NCBI RefSeq assembly: GCF_964355755.1
Contig: NC_092672.1
Span: 31,750,437 to 31,814,436, forward strand
Length of the DNA: 64,000 bases
Origin: Antedon mediterranea
Taxonomy: Eukaryota; Animalia; Echinodermata
Direction of reading: 5' to 3'
Position 1 is the first letter of the stretch. The number at the start of each line of letters is the position of its first letter. Positions 1 to 14,000 of the stretch are shown here, piece by piece. The translations under genes and the position numbers were made by a program. Below the pieces are notes generated by a model. It did no database searches, was not told where the DNA came from, and saw nothing but the letters and a program-made list of their open reading frames with translations.

Positions 1-62
1 CTTTATCATACTTATCGGATGTTGCTGCAGCTAGCTAAAGTAGTCTCTTTAGTATGGCTATA

Positions 63-285
63 AAGGCCTGTTATCAGTTATCATCATAAAATGTCTTTTT
101 CCTGGACTTCATTTAGTAAGTTGACCTGGATTTAAGGCCTGTTATGTTCTAAAAAATGACATAAAATGACTTTTCCTTGAACTTCTTTTAGTAAGTTGAC
201 ATGGATCTAAAGACCTGTTATGTTCTTAAAAAATGACATAAAATGTTTTTTTTTCCTGGACTGTATTCTTTCAGTGAAGTTGACC
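63..285. repeat. Diverged ~75-80-bp tandem repeat x3
   Basis: AAGRCCTGTTAT...CATAAAATG...AGTAAGTTGAC recurs three times. Confidence 0.8.
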
Positions 286-807
286 TTCCCCAGAGAGGAA
301 ACCAGGAGACAACTGCCCATGGTAACCAGGGAAGTAATCAACTCCCCCTTGATGCTCCACCTTCTTAGGCCTACCAAAAAACATACTAAACAGCTGCACT
401 AAGTAATTACACATACTATTTACATATGTAAATAACAACTTCTATGATTTGGCACACTTCGCAATTATCTGACTCCATGATTTTATATTAGCGGTCCCAT
501 GGCATCTTTTTATGACATGTAAGAAAATTTAATAAAATAAACAGGTCACTGATATATATTTTACCTTGGAAGCATTGATGTACTATAACTTTGGAAAAAC
601 AAATTGAATCCTTTCAAAAAACTAGTCTACTTCATTTTTGGGCAATTTGTGAGTCAATTAGGCACCTAAATATTTCCTGCTGATAAACATACATAAAGGA
701 AATATTTGCTGGACTCGTTGCCTTTGGTCTCAATGCCTTGATAAGTGATAGGCAACCAAATAAAAGCCCAAAAATTAAGAGGGCAACAAAATCACACTGC
801 ATTCATT

Positions 808-1147
808 CAATGTATGGCTTACCAAGAGTAGAGAAAGAAAAAACACATTCTGACATCCTGGTTTAAATTGACTGTTTGGGAAAGTATCATCAATAGTCGG
901 TTTGATGAGGAGAAAATGGTAAGCATGTTGTTGAAACTTATTACATTGACATCCTGTGGCATTCATGACACATTCATAGTATCCACAATGTATGGCTAGC
1001 CCAAGGGTAAAGGAAGAAAATACACTTCAAGACAAAATGGAACCATTCTGACATCCTGGTTCAAATTGACTGTTTGGGAAAGTATCATCAGTAGATGGTT
1101 TGACGAGGAGAAAATGGAAAGCATGTTGATGAAACTTTCTACATTGG
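808..1147. repeat. Diverged ~180-bp tandem duplication just downstream of exon 4
   Basis: CATTCTGACATCCTGGTTYAAATTGACTGTTTGGGAAAGTATCATCA occurs near 846 and 1045. Confidence 0.88.
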
Positions 1148-1188
1148 TATCAGAGACTGAGAGAATCCTCAATACAGAAGACACTTAC

Positions 1189-1293
1189 CATATTGACATC
1201 TAGGTCCCTGGAAACCGGATTCACACTGACAAGCCTGCGAGTAGCCTCCTGTACAGGTACCACCATTAAAGCACACTCCCGTACTACAAGTAG
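1189..1293 (-). CDS. MEGF6: MEGF6-like coding exon 4 (first EGF-like repeat)
   Basis: Acceptor tatctttcag|CT and donor TATG|gtaagt; 105 nt, phase 1-1. Translates (P)TCSTGVCFNGGTCTGGYSQACQCESGFQGPRCQY(D), a 6-Cys EGF repeat ending GFQGPRCQYD as in MEGF6. The phase is compatible with exon 3. The gene continues beyond position 1. Confidence 0.92.
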
Positions 1294-1646
1294 CTGAAAG
1301 ATATAAACGAATTAAGTTGTTATTTCTAATGATCCTAAAAATGTAGAAAATTTAAATTGTCTATTTTATTACTTTATTCATTAGTATTCTTATTTTTCTT
1401 TTAGGTGTTTCTTTACCACTGTTTGTTTAAACATTTACTTTTCACACAAAATATATAGTACACATAAGTTAAAAACCAAAGTTGTACTAAAGTAAAATTT
1501 GTGTGTGGATGAAAACTAACAAACTTTACAACATTGTCACCAGAAATAAGAGTTACAAAAATAAAACGTATTAAGTAAATGTACACGAGGCATAAAAAGG
1601 AACATTTATCAATATTAATTAGTAGATAAATAATAAATAAATAATA

Positions 1647-1831
1647 CAGTCAACTTTCCCAATACCGGACACTCTTGGGCTGACCAAATATGTCTGGTTT
1701 TCTGGAAAGTCTGATATTCGGAATGTTTTTCTAAATTGTAAAAATGAATTTGGGGCTTTTTAAACCTTGATAAAAGTCTGGTATTGAGAGTTTCTGGTTT
1801 TCAGAGAGTCTGGTATTGGGAAAGTTGACTG
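1647..1831. mobile_element. Tc1/mariner(pogo)-type MITE (185 bp)
   Basis: Perfect 20-bp TIRs CAGTCAACTTTCCCAATACC / GGTATTGGGAAAGTTGACTG with a TA TSD. Confidence 0.9.
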
Positions 1832-2260
1832 TATTAGTTTTCTGTCATGGTTATACAATTTGGCAGACATAGAGCACTAGACCAGGCCAGGATAATAAAT
1901 ACCTGTACTAAACACATTAAATACTGCAGTAGGTACATGCACCAGTAATACAAAATAGAACAACTTGCAGTGGTGGTACTATTTTTCAAATTACCTATGG
2001 CCGTATGTAAATTAAATTTCCTATAAAAATAAATACATGTATGCATAAAACTTAAAAGTTCCCTAAAGTTCTACACTATATGAGTCAGGATATGAATCAT
2101 GTTAGGATTTGTATATTAAACATTAGCCAGGGACTCGCTGACAGACTGTCACAGATATCACCAAATGTTGAAACATATCAATTATCAAATTTCTATAATT
2201 TAATATTCACAAGTTTATCTTTACATTCTTCAATTAAAAATAGTTCTGATAACTAACATA

Positions 2261-3094
2261 AGCCCCTTTCTCACAGAGCTGTGTGCCAGGAATATTGCGG
2301 GAATATACCATTACCATGCCGGTATGGTTTTCTGTGAGAACGGGCCGTCTTGGCATCATGCCGGCACCATGCCGGCATCGACATGACCTGCTTTAGACCT
2401 AGTAATATTCTAGGGATATTCCCCGCAATGCCAGACGGGCATTCTGTGAGAACGTAACGCCGTTATATTCCGGGGTTATATTTAATTCCCTGTCGAGGCT
2501 TTGACACCTTGCGCGGTCAAGTGTATCACTTTGGAGCCGATTCAATTCAATTAGGCCTAACAATAATAATGTCGAACTGGAGGGATAATGAGATAAGAGA
2601 GCTGCTTAAAATAAGGGGACAAGAAGAAATTTGTAGCATAATCTATAGACATAGGCCATTCATAGCTATTTGTTTGTTGGTGCCTGACCCTTCGTCGCCT
2701 TGCCTTGTAAATTGTACAGCCTTCTAAGGTGTTTTACAGATTGCTGATGACGGCTAATTAATTGCTGTACCTGTATAATATATGCACAATATACTGTACA
2801 TAGCATGTATTGCATAAATATGCTATAAAGGAAGATAATAATCTGTGACTTATAATTCGCCGCCATATATCGCTAGACAAAAATAATAACAATAAAGGAC
2901 GCCCTCAATAATTATTTTGTCAGAGACTTTTTATTGGCCGAATATGCCCGACTCCTTTCTCACAGAAAGCCGGTATATTCCGGTTATATTTCCGGCATGA
3001 TAGTCCGATGAGAATGGGTATATGCCGGTAACGATACCGGCATGGCGCCAGCATCATACCGGTATATTGCAGGCACATCTGTGAGAAAGGGGCT
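2261..3094. mobile_element. PIF/Harbinger internal-deletion derivative (834 bp)
   Basis: TIRs AGCCCCTTTCTCACAGA / TCTGTGAGAAAGGGGCT; flanks ATA/CTA; GC-rich subterminal repeats (ATGCCGG, CTGTGAGAA). The internal fragment MSNWRDNEIRELLKIRGQEEI (ATG 2569) resembles the start of a Myb/SANT-trihelix domain. Confidence 0.8.
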
Positions 3095-6000
3095 CTAGAA
3101 ATATATTGTAGTTGTTAATTTTAATATTGTGTCATACTGTGAAGGAATAGATTCATTTTGTTTTCTCATGGTTAAAGTGCAAAACGTGTACTGTATCTTA
3201 AATACTGTAAATATTACAAAAATAAATAATACAGTTTGCAAGAATTATAGTTATGAAAATACAACACGACATAATGGAAGTAGTTTATGATTACAATTTT
3301 TTCTTTTAATTTTTCAATAGTTTATATTTGACATATTTAGATTTTCATTATCAGATATTCAATCAACTATAAGTCTCATACTAAATCATATCAGAAAAAA
3401 AAAATTCTTTAATACCTGAAACTTTTAACTTTTAACCAGAAAAATGAAGATTACGTTATACCTCGAAAAGTTGAACAATTTGATGTCAAATATTATAGAA
3501 GATTATGATACTTATTGAAATGTTATAATTCAGTAGGCCTAAAACTTAGAATGTCTCATATGCAAAATACATATATTATTATGTTTTACATTGAAAAAAA
3601 AAAATAATTTAATTTAAAATTTTAAAATAAAGGTCAAAATGTGTTAACTGGATTAAAAAACTTGTAATAAAAATGTCACATTAAATAAATCTGAACGGAT
3701 TACCTTTATTCCTTTAGGAATTGGGTTAGAAGGTACTTTATTCAAAATGTTTTTAGTTAACATAGTCAGGAAGTGGATCTTAACAGTGTCTGAGTCTTCT
3801 TTACAGGGGGTCTAACGTTCTTAATGGTAAGTAAAAGGGAAAGGGGTGAATAAGTTATTCCCTCAGGAAAAGAGCTGGATACTGTACATATATTTTAATT
3901 CCTAGGCCTAGGTATAATTTTGTAGACATAGTATGACCTATCATGGATTAACCGCACTTTCAAAAAAAGAGAAATCATCTAGAAGCCACTAACATCTTAA
4001 AAGTGATAATACCTTCTACAGAAATGTCAGTGAATTTTGAAACATTAAGATTTGTTTAGCTCTTAGCATGATAGGTAGGGGCCAAATTTGTGTCATGAGA
4101 CAGGGATGATGGTGCGACATATCCGGTTGACACAGACATCGTTCCAGACAGACAGGACAAAAAAAAGGTAATCACGCTCAATTTAACTCGTCATCTTTAT
4201 ATTTAATTTTCAAAAACAGGATACGCCTGTAAAGTGTAATGATATCAACAACTTATAGTCACACACGCTATAAACAGGCTCACTGATCTTGGTATAATAT
4301 TTTCCTACCTTTCCTCTTCTTAATAGGGGTATCCTCTGAATGGTTTCACAGGAAATGTCCTCTGTAAAAAGGGTTGACCGTAGTGGTTAATGTTCATTTC
4401 ATAGGAAAATGTCCCCATAAAAGACGGGGTTCTAGTGTACTATATTTGAATACAAATTATAAATAGTATAGCATTTATATTTTCTTTTAAAAAGTCCAGA
4501 TGATTTAAAAAAAAAAGTTTAGTTTAGACTCCATCTGGTGTTACAGAGTAACAGCTGTTTGTACATCCTATAATATAATAATCAATTCCTAGACCAGTCA
4601 TTTTCTAATACCTAAATGCTTCCTCTATTATTCCCGGATCATCCTCTTCTACTTCTTCATGTTCCCAAAGGACTCAGGCACACTTTGTCTGGACCCTTTC
4701 CATATATTATTTAAGAATAAAAGTGTATGTTTTTTTAATAAGTTCATTTATTCATTCAAACTATAACATTAGATATTGTTTCTAATTCACCAAGGAAACG
4801 TCTACAACATTAATAGCAATGAAATAATAAGGCCAACTGTTTAAAGTTCAAGATCAGATAAAACAGACAAAAAAAAACAATATTATTAAGACAAAATTTT
4901 GAAAAAAAATGACACCGAACAGTACTTCTAGATCTACCGACATATCTTTTACATGTCATTCTAAACCTGATTTTTAACAAAATATATCACTAGCAATCAA
5001 GATTTAATTTATTTAAACTGAACAAATGCAGAATAAGAATCGGGATGATACAATTATCTGATAGAGCCAGGGTGTTTCTTATTTTAGAAATGAATTCCTC
5101 TTTTTGAAAAGAGAGAGGCTATTGTCTGTTTATCCAGGTAAGTTATTGGATAACTTTCAACTTTCTTTCTTTTCTCATTTTCTATTTCTCATCTTTACCA
5201 TTTCAAATTAGAACAGTACCTATACCATTGAGATATACAGCACCACTTAAAAATGGAAATGATATTAACCTATGTGAAAGAAAGAATATTTATGCCCCAA
5301 GACTATTGAAATTGTAAAATTACAGATAAATGAATTGATTCCTTTGTAAGTTGTTTCGTTGACCAGTGATGCTCGACATACAAGTTGACTTTGGCCAACT
5401 GACAATTTCCATTTCCTGTTTTTGGTTTATACCTATTTATTCTTCGTTTTAAAGTGTCTTCAGTATTAAATAAGGTATCATTCAAAATTAGATAACTAAT
5501 ATATCCTTTGGGTTAAATTCAAATTTGACATAAACAGACAGAAAAAAATTCAAAGTTTTGATTTTTCTTTTCAAAACCGACATTTTAGCTGTATTATTTC
5601 TATCGACTATCTTCTTCATTACAGAAACATAAATCTATCAAATTACATTGCGATGTTCGTTTGTTAATAGTGAAATTAAATAAGGAATTAATGTATTTGA
5701 AAAAGACAGGAATTCTTGTTTTCTAAATCTATAGAATTCCTCAGCAATTAAATTTAATTATCAAAGAATTCCTTCAATTATCTAAGTTTAATTATATAGT
5801 ACAGAGGATGAACTTATAAAATAATATTTCTAGAATGATGATGGATACTTTTATGGAAATATGAAACATATTTATTTAATATATTCTACAATATTAAAGA
5901 AAAAATACAATTAGCAGTTAAATCATGACCTTGTTTTGATAATTGGATATAAATTTCTGTGTAGAAAATCTATGTCAAGTTTAAGTTTTAATGAACATGA

Positions 6001-7745
6001 AAAAAACTTCTTTTAAATGAAGAAATTAAAATTTAATGAAATAAAAAATGATTAAATTAGAAGGAATTAGAAATTAATTATTGTTAAAATGTATTTTAAA
6101 CAAATATGACACAATCTTAATACTTTGTTCATTTCATCTTTCCAAAAAAAATCCTAATTTCGAATAACTTTCACAATTTTTGAAAGTGTATAAAAAACCA
6201 AATTGTTATTAATTACTTATAAAATCGAATAATTTAAATCAATTGCAAAAAAGGTATTTTTTCGATAAAGTAATTGATGTACTGTAAGCCTTTAATTAAG
6301 ATTAGCTTGATAATATCCAATGATATTAACAAGTTGACAAGGTGATAGTTGTGGTTTGAACAAGGACGTTATCCAGTCAGGCAAATGTAAAAGTGGATCA
6401 TTAAATAAGTGGGAAGGAAGATTCACTAGATTTCATTAAAATAAAGTGTTTATTTGGCGAAATTAGACAGATATTGCTGTTGTTCTTCCCATAATACGTA
6501 GTTAAACAACAGTCTGGTGTGTGCCAACTATAATAACAGACTTTCAATTCAGCTGATTTATATAACAAATTCTTGTATTCAAAAAATCTAATTAATAAAG
6601 GTTTGATAACGATTTCTGTCGAGACGGTGTCACATCGGCGCTTCGATTGTCGTAATAGATACAGTTTTAATTTCAAATTAAAATAATTCACGTTCAATTG
6701 AATCACGTTGAACGACTACCATGGTCACAAAAACAATGCGGTCATTCATACTGGACGGTGCCACGTCCAGTCAAGTGCAAACATGACTTAAGGTTGATAG
6801 ATATAACGCTTTACTATGTACACAAATCTAGTTCACTACTCGTTTGACATATAAACAAGAACGACAATAATAAATTTAGAAAATAATTGGAAAGAAATTG
6901 CTTGATTTGTAGAGTAATGAAACATATAAAATAATCATAGTTAAATTCGGTGAAGCATGAACTATACGCTTGATTGGTTATACAATCATCAATTGGTTTC
7001 AAATGGTATAAGTTTCACAGATGAACAAATTTCGACAAACACTTCTATACAAGTACATGTACACCTTAAATATGTCATTATTGTGGGTGTCGTAATCCTT
7101 AACAGTTAACCTTTTCTAAGGGCCTTCTTTTATAAGGGCCTGTTTCTGTTACAAGAAAATAACAGATTGTATAACATGTGAATAATTTACATGTTCTTGA
7201 AAGTAGAAATGGGAGAAAGTCTAAATAAGGTTCTGAAAACTGGAATTACCGTATGTATGTCAGACACTGGATAACTTTAAGATAATAAACTTACATATTA
7301 AAGTATAAAAAACGGGCCTAACATCCTAACCACTACTACTAAGCAAATTCTACCTACCGGTAGGTAAGACCTCAACGCAAGCAAAATAAAAATTCTTTAA
7401 TACTACACCTCAAAATAGTTTTGTTTTGTACATACTCTACTTCATTATCACATCGTTATCAAATATGGATATCCGTAAATAGGATTTAAATATTTTGATC
7501 AGGAAGAATATTAGCCGGTAATCCCAATAATTATCGTAATAATAGACACCTATTGCTCCTGTACAACTTCCTAGCGGAGAAGTTTACTTCCGAATTAACT
7601 AACCAGACAATAACAAAGTGAAGATTACTATTCAATGGGCAAAAAAAGTGGCAAAGTATAGTGTATCATAATCTTTTGAGAAGCAATTAATTAATTTAAT
7701 TGATATTTAAAACAGGGGACAAAGTAGAGCGAGTCAAATCCAATC

Positions 7746-7953
7746 TGAACACGATTGAACACAAGAGTGAACACAAGATGAACACAAAATGAAAACATGA
7801 TGAACACAAGGTTGAAAACAAGATGAACACAAGGTTGAAAACAAGATGAACACAAACTGAAAACAAGATAAACACAAGGCTGATCACAAAATGAACACAA
7901 TGTTGAACACAAGATGAACACTATGTAGAACACAAAATGAAACAGTACACAAA
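7746..7953. repeat. Degenerate 11-12-bp TGAACACAA(G/A) tandem array
   Basis: Directly visible; it generates the spurious ORFs 7691-7933 and 7696-7887. Confidence 0.9.
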
Positions 7954-10291
7954 GTATGTCATTTTAATATCCAATTTGAAGTTCAAATTTATTCAAATTT
8001 AAAAAAACTTAAAATATATTTTTCAAAGCAATGTTTAAGTTTATGTTTATTGGTGATTTTTTTTAAAACAAATCATAAAAAAGGAGCACTTTCCTCACAC
8101 ATAAAGCATTCACATTTTTTTCACATGTAGATAATCATTTCCACATCACGTACAGACAAACATGACACGCACACATCGCCAAAAAAGTCGTTACATTGCA
8201 TTTATAATTTGTATCCTTCAACTGCAACTTAACAAGATCTTAATTCAATTTGACATACAAGTATTGTTTCACAATTGTACTTTTCAAATTACATTAAATG
8301 TCTAACTCTATGCTTTTCATCTTGGCATTAATATGTTATTATTTTTCCCTTGATGAAAATGTTAGTACATTGTTTCCATTACACGTACGCTGTTAATGTA
8401 GACATTGGCAAAGGACCTTAAAGTTACATTATCAGTACATCACCAAACCTTTTCACAGTAAAACTTATTGTTAAGATTTAAGATAAGTTTTTTTTATAGT
8501 TTGAAATAATATTAATAATAGTTTCTCCTTGGAGACGACACACGCTTTTGCAAACGAATCAAAATGTTGCAATAGGTTGCATGATATTTTGTCAGACGTT
8601 ATTAATGTAGTGAGTCTTCGCCGATGCAATGATGATAGTGATAACAATAATGACAACTAAATGATGATAAAGATGACAATGCATGATGATGAATCATCAG
8701 ATAATGGCAATGGCGGCGACGACGACGATGTTATATTACACCATTTAATACTTCATTTACAGGCAGAAAAAATCTGCTAGCTGATGGAACATTCTATCCT
8801 ATCATCTGGCATTAACAAATGATTTGTCAAAAATAATTTATTCCCTCAATAGATTCCTAACTGTTTTGTGTTTATAGGAAAATTGGTAGTTTGTAAATAA
8901 TGGCTATGAAGTATGAGCTTTATTTTTTTTCACCTGAAGCATGGAGCTAGATAATTTGCATCCATAGTAGACTACAGGGAGATTGACTGACAGCCAACTC
9001 ATGCTAGCTTTAATTCAATTTTATTTTTACAAAATCCCACATGGTTTTTACAAGTCCGTGGTTACTTGTCTATTCAGATAACTATCTTCCACAGAATTGA
9101 AAGATTTTTAACACTAAAATTGAACTTGTGTACCACACTGTTTTATATTCTCTGATAATGTAATAAATATTTCTATAATTTTGTATTACTGTTCATAAAA
9201 ACCCTACGGTAAGCGAGACAATATACAATATGCTTAAACCTTTTCATGTTTCATTTTTGGTGAGATTTCTTCATTCCCATAGTTGGATTTTTTCCTTATT
9301 TAAATTTAATAAAGACTTTTAAATATTTCAAAGGATAGCTATACATTTTAACTTACATTATTACATGTGTTTATTAATTTAATAATTCACAGAGAGAAGA
9401 TTTACAACATGTGAGAACAATTCAGTCATACACTGTACCAACAGGAATAAATAATATTTTTAGTCAGAAAACAAAATTTATGAGTTCACGAATCAATAAA
9501 TCTAGGAAAACAAGTAATTTCTATATTTATTACCTATCAAGCCAATTATTTGGAAATTTACACAACACCTAGAAATAAATGAAGCCAACATGATTAATTG
9601 TTATGTACTACGCAGAAAGAATATACACATTTACAATTTAATCTGCAAATATCAGAACAAAATATTTTCAGCAATGAATTTAGATTTAATTCTAATTTTC
9701 TTTCTTTTTTTTGTAAAATTCAGCAGACACAATAAAAGAATTGTTTCTACTATCGTACTATCAAAATACAGACATATTTTCTTTTGTTCTGGTTTCGTTA
9801 TCAACATAATATTCATCCTTGTTTTTGTACAAGAAAGTAAATGATTCACGTCGACTGGGAGGTCGTATTCAAAATTCAACTTGCCTAGTCACACCACTAA
9901 CGTTTTCTTGTAACAATTCCTGTACAAAATTGCCTCAAAATAAAGCACAGCTGCAGTGGGAAAAAGTAAAAAACATTGCATTCTTTATTTGCGGTTATAA
10001 TTGATATAATTAACTAGCGATGGTACTATTTAGGGTGTTCCTATGTGGGATGTTCTCCTACTGGGTCAGTGGCCTCTGGCTTGTTCGTTGTTGACTAGGC
10101 CTAGCTCATTGACCTTGGTATGCATTATAGTCAGGAGGCAATTACATAAGTCTTTGTACTTGGATAACTTATCACTGAAATGTCATTGTTGTAGTGTAGG
10201 CCCTAGGAAGTAGATACAATGGCGAAAACAGAGTGCTGTAATATTTGTTAATTTGGATATTGACCCACAAGTCACTACCTAGTCTATTGAA

Positions 10292-10470
10292 TGAACGCAA
10301 GATTGAACAAGAACGAACACAAGATTGAACACGAAATGAACACAAGATTGAACACAAAATGAACATAAGATTGAACACAAAATGAACACAAGAGTGAACA
10401 CAAGATTGAACCCAAATGAACACAAGATTAAAGACAAAATGAACACAAGATTGAACACAAATGAACACGA
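10292..10470. repeat. Second TGAACACAA tandem array, same orientation
   Basis: Alternating TTGAACACAAAA / TGAACACAAGA units; it generates the spurious ORF 10172-10468. Confidence 0.9.
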
Positions 10471-11729
10471 AGGGGTGGTTGGTTTTTCTAGGATCCTAAT
10501 ACTCTAGGGTCATTTTTTTCCCATTTCACACAAATGTGGACTAGTTTCTATCATGAAAAAGACCAGTTCATTTCTATTATTTAATTGTGCTACATTCATT
10601 GTATTCACAGTTCCCAATTCTCATCAGATTAGACGTCAGTCACACTTAACAAGAAACAAGATGCTCTTTTGCTTGTCATCAATTTTTCACTGCTAGTGAC
10701 TTTTTACAATAAGAGAATTTGGTGAAGGGTAAAAGGTCAGGCAAGCTATATTAAAGAATGTCAAAAGAAACAGACGTCAAATTGATTGACAAGTTGAGAG
10801 TACAGTCCATTTTATTGATTGAGTGGTGTCATCCATCCATGTGTTGAAAAGTTAGGAAGTAGGAAAAAGAGACAATGTATAGTGCATTGTACCTGGTCTA
10901 TTTAAAAAATTTACCTGTATATAGGTTAAAAATAAAATCTTCAAAAATTAATAAAAGGTGCTTATAATCTACCTACAGCAACAACAATTTGGAGAATCTG
11001 GACAATGTATGTTTTAGAAATCCTCTAATAAGGGGATACTTTGTTACTTCTCATGTCCCTTTTAAAATGACTTCCACTGTATTTTAAAATGAAGTAGATC
11101 TTTATGTAAAAACTATCCTAGCAAGTATTACATTTTCAGATTTACCCCTTTAATATGACCCTTGACCTTACCCCAAAATTGATGTTATGTGTTCAATGGA
11201 GTTCCAAAACAGTACTACTAATCAGGTTGAAATATGTTGAGCTGACCTTACTACACATCTTGACAAATGCCACATATTAACGCCAACTCTCAAGGGGAAA
11301 CACCATATTAACTACTTCCGACACATTACTTCTTGTACCTGAAAAAACTCAACCCCAAACTTAATTCTATTTGCTGGATATAATACAGGTTATTATTTGT
11401 GTAATGATGTCCAACAGTCTGATTTCGATGTTGATAGAATAAGATTAAGTAAGCAAACAAACATGTGCTGAGGGAGATGTACAGATGAAAATAAAGTCAA
11501 CACAGAAAGCAGGTATGGCAAAGGTTAACAGTTGACCAATATCTACAACAACTATCTGTTAAAACATCGTCAAGTCGGAAACACTTTCACTTAAAAACAA
11601 ACTGAAGAATACGTTTGTTCGTTCGTTCAAAAGAGTACAATTGTGTCACAATTGAAATGACGGGTGTATTGTTTGTGACTGGTGAATCAATTGATTACAC
11701 TAGAAACCAAAGGGGACCCAACAAAGTAA

Positions 11730-11905
11730 GGTCCATATAGTGTTAAAACATATATTTCCCCTCGTTTGTTCCATGGAAACGCGTCTTTTAAATGGTCCAT
11801 ATAGTGTTAAAACATATATTTCCCCTCGTTTGTTCGATGGAAAAGCTTCTTTTAAAGGGTCCATATAGTGTTAAAACATATATTTCCCCTCGTTTGTTTC
11901 ATGGA
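11730..11905. repeat. 64-bp tandem repeat, ~2.7 copies (family E internal sequence)
   Basis: GTCCATATAGTGTTAAAACATATATTTCCCCTCGTTTGTT starts at 11731, 11795 and 11859. Confidence 0.9.
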
Positions 11906-13910
11906 TATAGATATTTCTTGAATAAGGATGTCCAAAAAGACGGATGTCATGAAGAAGGGGTTATTGCAAATATAATTTTTGACACATGTCCTAAAGCATT
12001 TATGACCAAAATCATCCAAAAATTAGTTAGGGACTTGACAGAAACCATAGTCGACTAAACCAGAACAGAAACAGTTAATAAACACAATTTTTCCATTATT
12101 ACAACAAATTTGATTGGTTTAAAAGTCAGATTTTAGGATTTGTTGAGAGCAAGGTCTAAAAACAGGTGAAGAAATCAAACAGGAAAGGAACAATAATAAA
12201 TATTTTATTTAATGATCTGATTTCTTAATATTTGATACTAATAACAACCGGAAATATATTTATAAAAATAAATATTTTAATACAAAATTAAGATATTCGT
12301 AATGTCAAAGTAACACACGATTCTTTCTACTCCACTGCCTCAAGCCTCAAATGACACTTAAAATTATAGTTAATTCACGCTGTAATTTTTCCAATGCTAT
12401 TTTCTTGAATATTTGTATATATTTCTGTTAAAATATGCATAGGATTAACTGCTTTGGTTTCTTTCCATCAACAAGGGAACTTTATCTAGGAATCCAAAGC
12501 TAGGTTTTGGGTCTTTGAAGTTTGCAAAGTTCTTAGCTTATCACCTGCAGCAAGCCTGACACAAATAGAAAGGTCGCATGAAAACGGGAAATTCATTTAC
12601 ATCGAAGGAGGAAGCCTTCTAATGCACCAATTTTAAACCAGCTTTTAAGTTAATTTATAACTTTTCTTATTTCTTTAAGCGACCTTAACAGAAGCCAAAT
12701 TTAATCTGTTAAAAGTGTTTCTTCCCATATAGGCCCTTAAAACCAAATTTTACAAAATGTATATTTTTTTCATTTCGTTAAGAAACCTTCAGAAAAATGC
12801 AATATTAATGAATTTAACCAATCTAGAAAATAATTTTTAAATTCATTTTATTTCATTACATAAAATGTTTAAAAGACATTGTAAAATGTAATATAGTCTA
12901 ATAACCATTGAACAATCCAAAATGCCTATTTGTAAGTAATTTGTTATATTACAATTTTTACATAATTATTTTAGTCTGTTTTCAATATCTAAACACTTTC
13001 AACTCAATTTAGTCTAATAACTTATCAAATTATCAAAAACGTTTGTTACTATTTACAAATTTCTTTTGCAATTACCGGTAATTTTTGAAAGTGATTTACT
13101 TTATGGTTAGTGTATTGGAAGAGACAACACTCAAAGTTCAAAGTAGTTGAGTTAAAATTGCTTTCCCTTTCGTGCCGTTTTCCTTTTGAATTGTACCGCA
13201 TCAATGACATACAGCCAATACCTCTGATTGGATCAAACAGTTTATACTATGGACTAGGAATTTGAAATGATGGAGCCGCTGTGGAAACCCGGTTGTCGGT
13301 TCAAGCTCTGTTCTCTGTACACAAATTCAGTCAAGATATCGTTTTAAAAATAAATCCATGTATTGTTGCCACCAATTACAGCTATTTATCCTCGATTTGA
13401 TACCGTATCAAAATCTGCTGGTATTCTGTTATAATTCTAATATTCAAAAATAGATGGGAAAGGAAAAGTAGGTGCAAAAGGCCAATATCAAGCCAACTTT
13501 TATTATACCAAAATGCCGTAGCTAAACCAAACACACGCACCAACAACTGACACCAAATGCACGCTCCTCTGACAGTTACAGCTATGTAGAATATGCATCC
13601 AACAGCTTATAGTTATTGCAATTTGTTTTCTTAAGATTATATATTATCTTTTAGTAGTAGTACAAGATAAGGTCAGTAAGCGGGGCAATTATACAAATTA
13701 TAAAGCTAAAAATATCATTTGAAAATGCGATGTGTGTATCTGTATTATATAATATTCATAGAGAGGCCATCAACAGAATAATTACTTTTTTAGGGTCTAG
13801 TGTGCGATGTTCTTTTGATTTTAGATGATGTGTGTATATATTTATCCTTTACAAGTAAACATCCATATTATCGTCCTAAAAATAATATTTGTGTTGTGTA
13901 TTTGTCATAC

Positions 13911-14000
13911 TCAGAATTATGACTTAAAGTCAGAAAGTCTTGTGACTCAAACTCAGAAAGCTTGCTGATTTAAACTCAGAAAGTTTGGTGATTCATTCTC
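13911..14000. repeat. Diverged ~23-bp tandem repeat x4
   Basis: (AAAC)TCAGAAAG...TGAYT recurs. Confidence 0.65.

Noticed and set aside
5085-5145. Plus-strand donor CAG|GTAAGT suggesting a nested antisense gene
   Set aside because: The GTTTATCCAGGTA motif recurs near 18850 and 37605 as part of a dispersed repeat, and there is no coding frame upstream.
6750-6771. Helitron 3' hairpin (ACTGGACG-GTGCCA-CGTCCAGT)
   Set aside because: No CTRR terminus follows at the expected distance and no second copy was seen.
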